A DNA stretch of 64,000 nt from Dicyema japonicum (Eukaryota; Animalia; Dicyemida): assembly GCA_011109175.1 (NCBI GenBank), contig RDEW01000005.1, positions 124,001 through 188,000 on the forward strand. The letters run 5' to 3'. This document shows positions 34,766-49,680 of this stretch, piece by piece (the stretch's first letter is position 1; each line of letters starts with the position of its first letter). The position numbers and the translations under genes were made by a program. Under the pieces are notes generated by a model. The model was not told the origin of the DNA and did no database searches. It saw only the letters and a list, made by a program, of their open reading frames with translations.

Positions 34766-37085
34766 TTATTATGCGGAGACCTAAATGTCAAACATCTTCT
34801 CTGGCTCCGGACACAATCAGCCGACAGTCGCGGCGAGTACATCCTCTCCTTACTTAACGATTTGACTATCCTCAATGACCCGGACGCTCACACAAGGACC
34901 CCGTCTCGCAGAAGGGACAGTCCAACATCCCCGTACCTGTCCCTCTGCTTTCCTTCTATGGTTGGATGTATTTCATGGAATGTTCGTTATGGTTTCTCAA
35001 GCGACCATAACCCCATTGTGTTGAGACTAAGAAGGCCTATTTGTTAACCATGTTGTTCTAAAAGTTCAAAACTCACTTGAAAGCTGACTGGCAAGGTTTC
35101 AGGCGTATGTGGACAATAGTCTCCTTGACCTTACCATGGGTAATTGTACAGTAGAGAAGACGGCAAAGATTCTGTCTGCTATCATTTTGAAAGCTGATAA
35201 ACTATTTATACCTGTCGCCTCTTACAAGAAGTTCAATCCAAGATAGTGTCACTCATCAAGGAGCGAGATGCGCTGAAGAAGAAAAGAACGCTGACCAATA
35301 ACTCCTTCTACTCCATACGTTCACTGAACACCAAATTATCTGAACTTATCCGAACTAACAACAGACTCAAATGGAGCCGCCTAGTTGGACGACTATATGT
35401 CACAAGAACTCTTGTGCCACATTTTGGAAAACGCTAAGAAGGATCAATAACCTTATCAATCAGGAGGACTGCGGAACCGAGGCCGTTACCCGCAACGCTT
35501 CAGAACCCGGACGCAAACTCGCAAACAAGATTATGAAATACTACGTATCGATCAGCCATAAAGATTTTTCTCGTTCTACACATGTTGAACGGCGCCGGCC
35601 GCAACAAGAACCGTATTCCATCTTCTTAACCCCCCATGATGTTAACAAGGCTATTAAATTGCTACGTCCCACTCGTGCTTGCGGTCTCGACGGTATTTGC
35701 ACTATTCACCTAAACACCTTGGACCTCAGGCACGGGCCATACTATCAAGACTGTACAACGACTCTATCAAATACCATACGCTACCTAATATATGGAAAAA
35801 CTCCCTGATTACGCCAATTCTAAAGCCCAGAAAACCAAAAGACGTTCCCTATTCTTACCATCTCAATAACTTGTGTTTTATCAAAGTACTGGAAAAGCTT
35901 GTGTTATGCGTTTCTCTCTGTTCTACATCTACCAGAGTTTTAACATGGTTTCAGAGCAGCCGTTCTACAAAGACTCATTTGGGTTCTATCTCCCAGTTTA
36001 TTACTGACGGCTTCAACATGAGAACACATTTAAGGACGGCCTTAGTATCCATCGACATACAGAAAGCCTAAGGTTCCGAGGAAACTCCTAACCATAAGAT
36101 TTTCAATTCGAACTTACATCCAAACATCAAGCTATGGCTGGAAAACTTCTTAACTGGACAACGCGGAAGGGTCCGGATTGACAAAACCACTTCAAAATCA
36201 AGATTACTCCCCAAGAGTCCGCAAAGGCTCCCCTTTATCTCCTCTCCTTTTCAACCTATTTCTACATGACCTACCTACTACCAATGACCAGGACACTGTT
36301 TTTATCCTATGCGGACGACCTAATTATGCTGCAAGAGATAAATCTCCTTCCATGGCTGTAGCAACTATTCAGACACACCTAAACCGAATTTGTGACTGGC
36401 TATCTGCAAATATGTTATGTGTGTCAGCATCCAAGTCTCAGTTCACATTATTTACTACAGACAGAAGGTTTAAAGGTGGGCTTGAGATATCCCTCGGAAA
36501 CATTCCCATCCCTTCTACCGGACCCAGAAGATCCTTGGTGTAGTTTTCGACTCTCTGTTGACGTTCTCGAGTCACGTGGAGGAGGTGCTTGCCAAGGGTC
36601 TTCGGAAATGAAACATTTTGAAAAAGAGCCCTTTCCCCCTGCTGCCTGCGTCAGCAAGGTCTATCAACAAGTCATCACACCTACCATTGAATATGCCTGC
36701 TCCGCCTGGAGATTTGCGATTTCCTCTTCAAGAGTGGACCGTTTGAACTCCTTCAGGCGGAAAATTATGCACCACACGGACATCCGCATTGGCAGCCTCG
36801 TTTCTAATGAGGCAGCGTTGAAGAATGGCTAGGTTTTCTACGTTTCTGCAAGGAACTGGGAAACCCACTCAAGGAAAAGGTGGCCCATGCAGAGGAATTT
36901 TGGTCGGTAATGAAAAAGTGTACGCCCATTGAATTCCTTTGCAGAAGGAAGCGAAGACGCTTCCGGAATGCGGTTGGATCATCAGAAGACCAAATGAAGA
37001 GAGTTCAGATGTCGTTGGAGGCTGGGATCACCTAATTAGTTAGTTTTGACCTATCATCCAAGGTGGTCTTGGGGTTAAATAAATT
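34765..37085 (+). mobile_element. Decayed Ingi/Jockey-group LINE (APE-RT)
   Basis: CGDLNVKH, SDHNPI, ACGLDGI, PILKPRK, SIDIQKA, GSPLSPLLFNLFLHDLP, YADDL (frameshifted), PTIEYACSAW; shared 3' tail gggatcacctaattagtt. Confidence 0.85.
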
Positions 37086-38417
37086 GGTATAACCAAAAAT
37101 TTTCCAAATATTCTTTAAAGTAACCTTATCTTTGGGTTATTTATTTTCCTGGGGACTTTGAATCTCTATTTTCCTTGGGGAATAACTTTTCCTATTATGT
37201 TTTTCTTGAAAAAAAATCTTAGTGGTTGTTAATGTTTTCAATTGATAAATTGGTCTTATCAACCCGGACAGTATCAACGACCAGGGTTATGACATACGAC
37301 ATAAAAAAGAAAATGATTCATGCCAGCAGATAGATTCTCGCACTTGGATCAAAAGTCGATATCGAAAAAAAAATAAATGATCTTTTACTGGAGAAAGATT
37401 CTAAAAGACCATGTCTCTATCATGGTTTATTCAAACATAAGCTTGTACCAGTGAAGCGCCACAAAATTCTAAGAAACCAAAATAGCCAATTTACGCTGGT
37501 CGACTGTACTTTCGTTCTTTCTATAAAAATTTTAAAAATCAATAATTTAGAATTCCACCGCCCAAAGGTAAAAACTTTACCACCCAATTTAGGAGATATC
37601 GCCAAGGTTGTATCCGGAGTTAATAAATAAAATAAAAAACTTGTTAACTCGACCTTTAATTTCCCGTTCAAAGCTTTAAAAAATAACTTTGATAAATTCA
37701 AGCTCATTGATTATAATACTAATGTTTATGAAACACAAACTTTTTTTATTGTCAAATGCGAGTTAATAGTTAACTATCGTGATTGAACACAAACGTGGAA
37801 TGAGGATATCTGATGAGGAGTTCACATGCTACCAAGTAATTTGTGAAACTGGTTGCGATTGTTTCGAGGACATCCTAACGGATGCAGAAATGGGAGAGAC
37901 GACTGATTCTGACTTTGAGATAGACAAAAAATGAGTGCAGTTAATTTTTCAAAAAAGAAGTAGGTTGAATTTCTAAATCAAATGAAATAATAATCTCAAA
38001 TAGGTCAGAATAATCTGAATTCAACCGAGAAATTGAGTTCAATCAATAATCATGACAAATTATATCTCTGAGTGGTTCCAACAGTTAATTTATCATAAAC
38101 TTTTCATTAACAAACACGGTAAAACTCAACAAATAATGTTACTCAGAAATTCTAAAATTCTAAGAGATTGTCAAGAATACTTATAATAATAATAACACCA
38201 GAGACCACGGTTAGTCAAACTAACTAATCACGTGATCCCAGCACGCAAAATTCAAAATTAAATAAATCGATTTTATTCAAGACTTAAATTCAAAATTAAA
38301 GAAATCGATTTATTCAATAAAAATCAAATTTTAAATTATTTTATTTATTTTTAAAATCTAATAAAATATTTAATTGGAGCAATTTACTGTGGCTTTGCAA
38401 TAAACAAATCGTCTAAA

Positions 38418-41400
38418 ATGGAAAGTTCCTCAATAGAATTACACGGGGAAGTACTAGTCTTAGCAGTGAACACGAGCATCGCGATCAAGTCAATTCTGAA
38501 CGGCTGTGACGATGAAATTATTAACGAAATTTCAATTCTTCTTGGGGATGTTTTCACTGAACTCGAAAAGTTCAATCGTGAACGTGATATGTTCTACGAC
38601 CAACTCCAGGACAAAATTGAGGACAACAACCAACTAGTGAGCCAATACAATTATGAGAAAAACGCAAGGATTTCAGCCGATAATGTAATTTTGCGTCAAT
38701 TAAAATCCGATTTGTTTATCTTTACTTTAGAAAGCCATCGAATTCGAGTACAAATACAACGACATAAGGTTTTCAGTTGAGGACAATATTTCATCCTATG
38801 AAGAGATGAAAGAAAAATTGGAGACCAAGCTCAATTACTACATCAGAAAAGGTGTGCTAGATAAACCTATTTAAGACCACGTGGCCTCAGAAAATTATTA
38901 CAATCTGAAAAACGAGTTCGACAAACTTATGGAAGACCATCACCAGGTAACCATGTGCTATTATTTCAGCTGAGATCTCAGTATTTGTCTCTGATTGGAA
39001 ACCAGGTTATTTATACAGACGAAAACGAGTCCTTTATGACGGAAAGTACCACAGAGGTACGGTCAGAGTCTGTCTCAAATAACTTTACGCAAAATAATCG
39101 TTTTCTGCCATTTTTTTAGTTTTTTAGAAAACAAGTTAAAACAGAAACTGGTAAATCTGACGGAAAACTTGGAGTCGGATCCTCACTATAATGGTCCTGT
39201 ATGGGATTATAATGTAGATGACGAAGGAACCGAGAACCAAGTATTTTGTCCTGTGGATGGGAGACTGGAAAAATCCATTGGGTATGTGAATCTATTAAAT
39301 CTTCCAGAAGCTGCTCGAACTTTTCTCGGATAAAAAAATCAGCCCAGCATTACATTGGTAACGTCTTTTGTTATTTGCAGATAATTTAATGAACCAAGAA
39401 ATGGATTTTGAAACAGAACTTGGAGATCTTCCAGGTTGGTTTTTATATATTGTATTTTTGCCTAATAAATTACTTTTATATGCTATCACTAAGAAATAAA
39501 TTCTTTTTATTCATGCTCCTTAATGAAATGAATTTACCAAGTTTTCTAAAATACCCCCTCTTCTTTGAAAATGCATTTCCCTCTAATATTTTTAAATATC
39601 CTCACTTATTTGTCAAATGAATTTCTAAATGGCTAGCGATAAAGTGCGTTTCTCTAATTTCCTTTGCTGGGTTTTTGTTATTGTCTGTTCGTGGACATAA
39701 TTTCCCACTGTTGTAGCGAGCAAACCCAACTTCTTTCCCTTACCAAGCAACTACCTAAATATTTTTCCTGGTAGTGGCTACGGGATGATGCAAGATACCG
39801 TTTCAGGATTTCCTTTTTACTGTTGGCTCTCAAATTTTTAAATATCTAATTTCTTTTTGCTGGCTAATTCATTTACATGTTAATGATTTTTATGTTTTTT
39901 TTCAATTTTTGCATGTTTTTCTTACTTAAATACTTTTCTCTGTATTTTTCAATATTTTCTTTGAAAACCTTTTGCATTATTTTGGTTTGTGAATTCTGTA
40001 GGCACATCTTCCAATCATTCTGTCGGTCGTTCAGTACATTCTAGTAATGATCAAAAAATTGACCAGGAAAACGTTGTAGTTTATTTAAACATAGCCTTTG
40101 TACCACTATGACGATTCCATACACGTGTCCAAGAATGTCGAAACTTACTCTTCAGAGAATTCCTTCGAATTCATCACTCGTCAAAGCATTTTAGAAAAAG
40201 AGGAATCGATCGGTATTAATAGTATTAATGAGATATAGCATCAAATAGATTTGAAAACGACAAAAATGTGATTACAAGGCAGAAAAGTATCAATAAGCAC
40301 GACACAGGTTTGATTTAATGAGATAAATATTGATAATCAATCATTGTGTGAAAGTGAGGGGATATTTGTGGACGGGGAAAGTATATTTTACATATATTTT
40401 AAGAAATTCCTGATTTTAAGTCAAAGAAAGATGAGCACGTGTGTGAGCTTGATTTCAAACCAAGCATGAGTTATCCTCAAATGGCAGAGACAAGTGAGGC
40501 TACTGGTTTTGCTAAAATGGTAAATTCAGATGTGAATTTGGGGCCTGAACAAGTTTTTGTCGAAGATTCTGAGGACATTAAGGGTTATTCTGGATTCTTA
40601 CTTGTAGGTTTAAATACAAATAAACCTTTTCAAAATCAAGAAATTGGAGGTACTCAAAATGACATAGAAAATGAATATGTGGATGAAATTGGTGAGAACA
40701 AACTTGAGGATGTCGGTTCTCATGAAAATAACCTTTTAGAATATTATGCTAAATTGGATGAAAACGAGACTTTTGGTTTACTTTGTCATTATTTTTATAA
40801 GAATCTGCTTCTATGGTGGATTCCGATAAATCAGCGTTAGAAGCAGCCAAGACCGTTGGGACAGGTCTTGATGATTCTTTACCTACAGATGAGCCCAATT
40901 TTGATGGATCTATCATGACGGGAAATGTCCTTGAAATAGATGAGGATCAAAAAGATAAAGGTTATTACAATATTTTAATTTTTAGCAAAAGATTTAACTA
41001 CAGGGACAACCGACTATAGTACCCCAGGAAATGTCACTAAAACGGAAGAGGATCAAAAAATTAAGGGGGAAACTATGTCTAGTATTCTTGTAAATATCCA
41101 TGGATCGGAAGAAAGTTTAAAAAGTAAGACTTATCTCAATACTTAGAAATAGAAATTTATGAATCTTCATCACACAGAGACGTGATTCAGAAAACCGACG
41201 ATTTGTCATCTGATTGTTTTGAAACTTCATCAAAATCAAGCGACATTCCTAAATCAAAGATTGATTCATCTTCAAACAATATTGAAACTGAAGTCATAGG
41301 AGTTTCCACCTCACGTATTTTGTGTTGAGTGAACGTAGAATCATCAATAAACAATGTAATGACCACTAAATTTTCTGGCTTTTCTAAATCAAACTCAAAA

Positions 41401-44379
41401 CGTCCGCCAATTTCGAAAGGAAAGCCGCCCAAGCCTAAAGGACCCAAAATGTCCATTAAGCCATTACCAAAACCACCTAGTAATAGCGTACTTTTGGGAG
41501 ATTTTGGAATAAGCTTACCATATCAAGTGGATACTGAGAAACATGAAGATACTTCGAAAGCTTTGGCTCCCATAATCGTTTCTGCTTGTATTACTATAGA
41601 TTCCACCCAAAATGGATATGAATTCGCCTCTTGTAAAAGAGTATCCTTTACCTTTAAATGCTTAGAATACTAAAGTTTAACAAAACCACCACAGGTACTT
41701 CTGATTGTATATTAGTTGACTCCTTCGAGCAAATGACAGAAGATTCTGGTAATTTCGGTATTTATCTAGCCTTAGCAATCATTCCAACTGACAAATCGGG
41801 AGAGCCAGGTTTCTAGGGAATTTATTTTAGCTAATGAAAACATTTCTGCTAACAAAACTGAGGAAAATTGTCATTTTTGTGATTATTGCAGCAAATAAAG
41901 ACAATTCGGATGTAAAAAGCCTAAAAACTGAAAGCCTGAAGCCTGGCAAAAGAACAAATGTAGAATTAAGTCAATTTGATGGTTGTGAGTGGTTTTTTAC
42001 GCAGATATTCGTTCTGAGGCTGAGAAAATACTATTTGAGAACAAAAATCTCCGCGATTCTTGGTTTTATTGTAAACTGAAGTAACAGTAATGCCCTAACC
42101 ACCATAAACCGTGAACTGAATCAGCATATGGAAGCAATGAACAGTGAGAATGAACTCCTCAACAGTCGAATCCAGGCTCTGCAGAAAGACAAGAAACGAA
42201 TGAAAACCGAACTCAGACTCCGAGAGGAAGTGATCTCCCGAGAAAGGCAGGAGAAGATTGAACAAGAAAATGTAACTGGTTCTTGTGGACCCTCTAGAAA
42301 CTGCTTTTCATTCAGAACAGATATTTCACGGAATACGAGCTAGTTTCCGTAATGGAATCTAGAAACAATTACAAGAAGATGTTCAATGAACTCAAAAACT
42401 ATATCTCCACCTCAGACGACGCCAAAAAGAAGACACGTGGGTCATTTTCTGACACGTATTGTTGAAAAGACTCATTTTAGTTTTAAAAACATCTTTAGGA
42501 AGGCAGGAAAAGGGAAAATTTCAAAATATGGAAACCTTGACAGCCTCTTTCTGTAGATTTATAGAAATGTTACTCACAGGGACGAAGTTGAGAGTTACAA
42601 GATGGAAACGGAGTCCATCGACGTAAACGTGGTTTTTCCTTTCAACAACAACGATATCGCGGAGATGGTGAGAATTAGTCTAACGATTAGCCGTTAACTG
42701 CAGTGGGGACAATCGTGAGTGACGGACTCATTCGCACGTCCACGGGAATGAAAATAGTGGGGGCCAGTTATTTCTATGATGTGAAAATTGGCAGGGATTG
42801 TAAAAACAATGATAATAACAGCAATAAACTCATCAAATTGGACGAAAGACTGACTGTATTTGTTCGGCTGATGTTAGGATTACAAAAAAACTGTCACAAA
42901 GTCAAGACTTGGAATCGAAAGTTGTGTTTCTCCGCACTTGTGGATGTCCTGTTCCTTCAAGAACAGTACGGAAACCAAAATTTCCGTGATTGACGTGAAC
43001 AATCCAAACACTCCAATTGTCTGTTTTGGGGTGTCAGACACTGTCTCTACTTTGGAGTCAATTCCTGGTATTTTCCATTGTTTCACGGACAGCCTGTACA
43101 TATCTTGACATTTCCTTGACTGATAATTTGTTATTTGACTCATCAAGTGTTCCAATCAACTCAGAAAAGGACTTTTTTCCGTCGGAAACAGAACTCCTGA
43201 ATCTAAGCCTGTCTCAACTCATAAATAAACTTCGAACAATCCTTCCTACTGTTTGGATTGGTTGTCAAAATGGAAAGTATTCTCTTTGGTGAGTTTTTAT
43301 AGCCTAAAGATATTCCGAGTACTTCGGACTACTCTCTATGCTTACTGGAGCTAAAATTGCCCTCTTCAATAACATCAATAAAGTACCTTCCAACTTTTTA
43401 TTATAGACATCTGTGTGGTTGTGTGTTCGTTGGTACGTCTAATTCGGGGCTTTTTTGCTTTGAACGAGGAGGTTTTCCCCTGTTTTACCGTAGAAAACAG
43501 GCAGTGGTCTCTTGACTACAAAAAGATAACGATATCTGCAACTGAAATCATGCCAATATCGATTATGACCTGTATCGGGGACTCTCTGCTGCTGGTTGCT
43601 TGCAAAAACAAGATATTTATGGTTGACTGTAATAGAAAGATGTGCTATGTAAATTTGGTTTTTAATCGCAGAAATCTGTTGAAATTAGTAAGCAAGGGTG
43701 CGAAATAAACTGTCTTGCCTGGTCGGGGGATGGAGTCTGGGTCTCTTTCAATCACTCAACGATTATTTGTCTTTATAATACCTATAACTTCAATAATGTC
43801 CAGGAGATTGACATTACTAGGAAGATACCGAATAATATTATAAATTCGTGTCCAGGTTTTTTTCAAACTTATTTGTTAGTAAAATCTTACTTGTCCAATC
43901 TGACGTACCCCACTAGTTTGAAGATCTTCGGAAATATGCTGTGGGTCGGTCATTCTAGTGGACTTATTCAAGGCTTTCGATTTGATATTCGTTGGTTTTC
44001 TGTATTTCACTTTAGCTATCAAATTCTTCGACTATTTGACGGGGGAAGTAGACATGCATCACGTTTATAAGCATACAGATTCGGTTGTCCTTCCCAGAAC
44101 ATTTATTCCTCGGATTAATACCAATGATCCGTTTATCTTGCCGATAGCTTATAAGAGCGAAGTTGTCGGATTGAATGCTGTGTGTAATTCTGATGGAAAT
44201 GTCGATTCTACGGGACGTCCAAAACTGGATTCAATTCGTGTTGTATCGTGCGGAAATGGGATAAGGAATGCGAACCAAGGTAATTGGTTTAATCTGAAAT
44301 TTAAGTTGGGGATAGTTATTTTCCTAATACTATTGCCCTGGTAACATGGAATTGGAATCTTATCTCCAAAAAGGAATGA
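38418..44379 (+). CDS. MAPK8IP3: JNK-interacting protein 3/4 (Sunday driver/UNC-16 family)
   Basis: RH1 domain (CDDEIINEI..DNNQLVSQYNYEK..KAIEFE); leucine zipper EKILFENKNLRD..NAL; RH2 RYFTEYELVSVMESRNNYK; WD40 region LPTVWIGCQNG, LAWSGDGVWVS, LWVGHSSG; many 21-30 nt introns; long low-complexity insert. Confidence 0.85.
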
Positions 44380-44579
44380 TTTTGGAAAACAGCATAGTTT
44401 TCGTATTTTCTTATTTACATTCCTTAGAAATTTATTTTTTTAATTTTATTCTTTTATATTTATTAGATTTCATTTTTGATATAAAATGAAAATATTTTAG
44501 TTAAATTGAAGTATAAATTACTAATGTTGGTTGAACTGGTGACGTGGTTCTGAATTATTATGTATATATCACATTTGAC

Positions 44580-47085
44580 GAATGATCTCCTCACATTGGC
44601 GTCATTCAACGTTCGAGGCTTAAAGGAAAAACATAAAAGGGAGGATTTAATAAGTGACTTAACATCTAACATGATATATCACTGGTTGCCACTACGGCCT
44701 TGGCTTTGCTATACATCAATGTCTTGAGGGGAGAATCCATAGAGTGTGGAGGGTGAATGACAGAATAGCAGACTCCAGATTAAGAGTGGGAGGACTGATT
44801 ATTCCTTTATATCCATAATTAATGTCTACGCGCCCATAATGACGAGGGTTTCTACAAATCCGATGAACTTGATCTGTTTTATATGTCACTAACGGATACC
44901 ATCTCTGATCTCAAAGGCTCGTTTATGACCTTTTTGTAAGGAGATTTGAATACTAATTGGGACACTGTCCATGAGAGAACCCTGTATGGGTAGGCATGCC
45001 AAGGGAGGAAGAATATGTCAAAGAATTACTCGTGTAATTTTGTAACATGTTTTACTACTTTATTTGTAATTCTGCATTCGACCACAATGCGAGGCATAAG
45101 ACTACGTGGACTGGACTCAGAAATGGTGACTATGTCCAGATATACAACCAGATTGATTATGTTATATGTAAAAGATCTCTTCGTGCTTTACTAACAGATT
45201 CCCGCAGCTATGGAGGCACCATATGATTTGGAATGCTACTGTTGATGGAATAAAGAAGGCAAGTTTACACGTGCTTGGGGAAAAAAGGCCGGTAGGATTT
45301 AAAGGGGTCTTTGATCACCAAATTGGATCATTATCAATTAAACAAAAAAAATTGCGACTGAGAATGGAATCGTGTACAAGTAATGATACTTACAACGAGT
45401 TAAGAAGAGAAAGAAATCGTGTATTGTCAAGGAGATTAGAAGGAGGAAGAAGAAATTTATGTCAAGAAAAAAATTAACGAACGTGTCAGTGAAATTGAGA
45501 AGTTGGGATACGGAACGCAAATGTTTCGAGCAGTTCGCCTTTTGCAGAGGAGAGTTCAACCTACGAATATTTGTATCCACGACAGTCAAGGAAAAAATGT
45601 ATTGGATAATAAAGAAAAAACTGAGATTATTGCCGAATATTTTCAGGACTTTTGAATGAAAATGAAACCTCATATGTGGAGCCATTTGAGAAATCACCAA
45701 GAAGCTTGAATCTACCGATCTCTACAGAGGAAACTAATCTGGGAATCATTAATTTAAACAACACAAGGCAGCGGGACCAGACAACATGGAGAAGTGATCA
45801 AGTATGCACCAGGCGAACTGACAACCCTCATTACAAAGATTTTCAATAAGGTATTTGAGACGCACTCCCCTTGAAACTTGGTGATGGAATTTTGATTCCT
45901 TTGCATAAACCAGGAAAGAGCAAGGGACCGATAAAAAATCTAAGACCAGTGATATTACTAGGAACATTGAGGAAGATACTATCTCTGATATCCCTCAGCC
46001 GGATATCTTCTGGTGTTCATGATTTCTTGTCACCGGGACAGAGTGGTTCAGAAAGGGACGCTCGACCGCAGATGCTGTCTGGTCCCACAGGTGGATATGT
46101 GCCATGTGTCAACGATACAGGAGTGATTTTAAGATTTTGGAGTCCAGTGCGTTTGACACTGTCAACAGAAAAACATTGCTGGACGTGGCTGGAGTTTTCT
46201 TGATGAGGATAACACAAGACTTGTCCGTTTCCATTATTTAACACTTAATTAACTGTGCGAGTTGGGAACACGACATCGAAGCCTTTCGGAACAATAGTTG
46301 GAATACCTCAGGGGACTCATCTCCGGTTTTATTCGTCGTATACCTGGAAGGCTGGACTGGCTTAGAGAAATCCCTGGACAATTTAAGAGTTGGTCTCGGC
46401 GAGTTAATCAGGAAAAGACTGAACACACAAGAATCACAAAGGAATTAAAATATATTGATGAAAATTGGAGTAAAAAGGAAATTGGGATCCTTACTTGGTG
46501 ATAGTGAGGACATGATGTATAGAAGAGTTCTAGCCACTGCCATGTATAAGAAAATGCAGAAGATATGGAGTCGACGAAAACTAATAAAAACAAATCTAAG
46601 AATAAGACTATACAACGCATATGTAAAGCCGATGCTTATGTACAACTCGGGTACATGGGGGTCACAGAGCTAGGGCTCAAAAATGGATGTATTTCATCGA
46701 AAACAATTACGCAATTTAATGGCCTAGGTTGGCCCAAGAAGATTTCAAATAAGAAATTATACTCTGTGGCACAATCGAGGCCAATAAGCATCGACATTAT
46801 TGAATCAAAATGGAGACTGTTTGGGCACGTGCTTAGAATGAACATAAACGCCCCTGCAAATATAATAATGAACAGTTACTTTAACAATGAGAACAAAGCA
46901 TCGTTCAGAGGAAGACCCAGAGTCACTCTACCCGTGGCTCTGAACAAGGATCTTAATGGAATTACAGAAAACTTAAATCTGCAGAAGACCTAGAAGATCT
47001 ACGGACAGATGCGCAAAGCAGAGGGCGATGGAGACGCCTAGTGAACAAATTTCGAAACGTGTGGCACAAACGGGACCTTAGTTAA
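44580..47085 (+). mobile_element. Decayed RTE-clade LINE
   Basis: SFNVRG, IINVYAP, YNQIDY, LIPLHKPGK..NLRPVILL, AFDTV, WRLFGHVLRM, FRGRPRVTLP. Confidence 0.85.
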
Positions 47086-47607
47086 TACAACGTTCATTGG
47101 TTCTGTGAAAGTGCTTTTAATAATAATTTAATTACTAATTATTAAATTTGTCAGTCAGCATAATTAACGTAACGATTCCTCTACTGGGGTTTACATTCGT
47201 CATGGTTAATAGTGTAGCCAAACGTCCCAGTTTTTTGAAAAAGTGAAGCGAAATTCTGTATTAACCACAATATCCTGGAACATGAACCGCCTCCAGAAGC
47301 CTTTTATATTTCTGTGACGTGTAATATGTCTACTGCATTGCCGACTGTGTTTGAAAGACATAGGGAATCAATACACGTGACATCGTATACCTTCCTCGAT
47401 CGGAAAGATTGTAATACTGTCCGCTCTTTTTTCGTCTTCCCTCTCCAGGCCAACTGGTTCCACTATGGAGGGGTATCCAGCAGACTCCATGATGGAGATT
47501 ACGTGAGAACTATCTTCATTAAAATGTTGATTTTGATGATAATTAGTTGATTATTTTTAATACATGGTATTTTAAAAACCCAATATTGTTAAAGCAAAAA
47601 CTAACAG

Positions 47608-48790
47608 TTAGCAAGTGCTGGCTGCTCTCATAATTGAAAACGCATTTCCCCTTACGATTTGCAAGGAAATGCGCTCAATGAGCCAGCTCCTTTTTTCTCC
47701 TATCGTTTTTTTTCTTGCGATGAGCGAGTCGATCCTGCTTAGCAGGGTCAGTGACCTGCTTCCAATTATTCCTGTCGTTTCGACTGCCACTGGTTCGAAA
47801 ATGAATTGTCCTCCAAGGCATGCGTATTTTTAATTTTTAGAGTCTCTCTGCCTTCTCGGCAGCAGAGCCTGGATCAGTTGCTGTCGTTGAAAGGTTAAAG
47901 AGAGAGAGGCTATCGACACAGGTGACTTCCCAGGCAAGGTATTTACCACTCTCCCATGGGTAGAGAGTGGTTCCGTTCGGTCTTCGGTTGGCTAAGCAAG
48001 TCCAAGCGACTTCAATTGGACAGGAAATCCGGCAGCATCAAGTCCCCAAACAATGACTTCATTGATTGCGGCGTGTCTAGGACTCCTTCCAGCACTCCTA
48101 CGGCAGGAAAGAGCGTGAAGACCTTTCGCGTCGACCATTTCTCTACATCTACACCGATAGGCGGACGGAAACCCCAATTCTCGTCGCGTCGTCATCCAAT
48201 AATGTCCCAAGTGAGATACATGGTAAAGCTCTGAGCCAGGCTCCACTCTCGTTCGTCGATGCAGAAGCCAGACAACCAAACGAATCCCACACTCAGTTGC
48301 GTCCAGACTTCCCGAGCTATGCATACCACTGGTTCAGAGTTCGATCCATTAATATAGCATAGGATCTGTCGTGTGAGACCACTGGAAACAAATGTCGAAG
48401 ATAGAAATTCCGGGAGGACGAGTTCTAGTAGTGAGCGTATTCCGATTTTTCCATAAGTTCAGTGGGGTACTGATTGTTGATGCTGCACAATCAATGCCCA
48501 AGGAAGAGGGTAGGGAACCAAGGAGGTCACCTTGTTGGACTTCAGTCTTGGATTCGATGATTTTTTTCCAAGATCAGAGTGCTTGGGGAACCATATAAGA
48601 GTTTCACCATCCTGCTAATTTCCTGGATCCTGGAGATGCTAGCATCTATGATTCTGTCTCGGCGAATGCTATTGAAAGCATTGCACATGTCCAGTTTGAC
48701 TATTATAGCATTCGTAGTGTCTGGAGGATCGGTAGCAAAGTTCCTGATTGAGTGTATTACTGCCTCGCATCCATGAGGAATTCCAACCGA
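47608..48790 (-). mobile_element. CRE-like retrotransposon, decayed
   Basis: GCEAVIH, KLDMCNAFNSIRR, VQQGDLLG, CRC..DAKGLHALSCRRSAGRSPRHAAIN, WEVTC, AVETTG, ERISLQIVRGNA; another 3' tip at ~47150-47290. Confidence 0.8.
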
Positions 48791-48999
48791 AAATAGTATT
48801 TAGTAACAGAAAATTAAGATGCATATTTTTTCATATTATCTTGCGACACACAATCCTTATTGAATTTAGAATAAAATAATAGATATTTTCTCTTCTGATT
48901 GATGAACAGAGGTTCACAGAGGTCAAAAAAAGTTTTGATTTAATTGAAGTTTGATTCAAGAAGGGAAGAAAAATAAGACAACTCCATAAGATTGATATT

Positions 49000-49680
49000 A
49001 TTTATTAACCAATATTACATCGAGAAGGAGGTTAACATATAATTAAATGTATCCAGTTCTCACAGTACAGAAGCACACATCCAGTCATTGTAGTTCTCGG
49101 AACCCTTCCAATGGAGAAGAGAAAAGCAATTTTTTGATGCCATCCTGGGACTGGGCGTCGAGACAGATGGATTGAATGACGCCACTCTAGTAGAACAAAA
49201 CAAGGAACAGAGCAAAGGAAGAGAAACCTTCGACCAAATAGCCAATGGGACCAATTGTTATTGTAAGACATCCTAACCACCAAGCTACCAGTCAACACTG
49301 ATCTCGGGCATTGAAAAACGGTTCAATTCAAAGATATTTTAATTATTATTAACCTCGGACACACCGAGAACGAGTTAGCAACTAATTAAGTGTATCCAGT
49401 TCCCACTGTCCAGAAAAAGACCTTCCAATGTCACACAAGTCCATCCAGACACACATAAAAGATGTCCATTCCTTGCAGTTGTGAGCACCTTTCCAATGGA
49501 GTGAGGAGTGCAAATGATCCTCTTACATGCTACCATGGCATTAGGCGTCACCTGAGACAGGTGGATCACATGATGTCACTTTATTATAAGGGAAGAGGAA
49601 GAACAGAAGAAACAAGCAAAAAAAATCTTCAATCAAGTAGCCACTAATACTGCACTAACGTAAACACCACGGGGCTAAAA
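49000..49680 (-). mobile_element. Two tandem diverged non-autonomous Ingi-like derivatives (~49000-49260 and ~49340-49680)
   Basis: Same body blocks (gtcatgtgatccacctgtct, ggatcatttgc..ccattgga) and 3' tail ggatacacttaattagtt..ctcggtgtgtccgagg as 60-379 and 20200-20526. Confidence 0.75.

Noticed and set aside
37805-37880. ctgatgag...gaaa hammerhead-like core
   Set aside because: The GAAA is buried in the putative stem II, and no stems I/III or cleavage triplet can be formed
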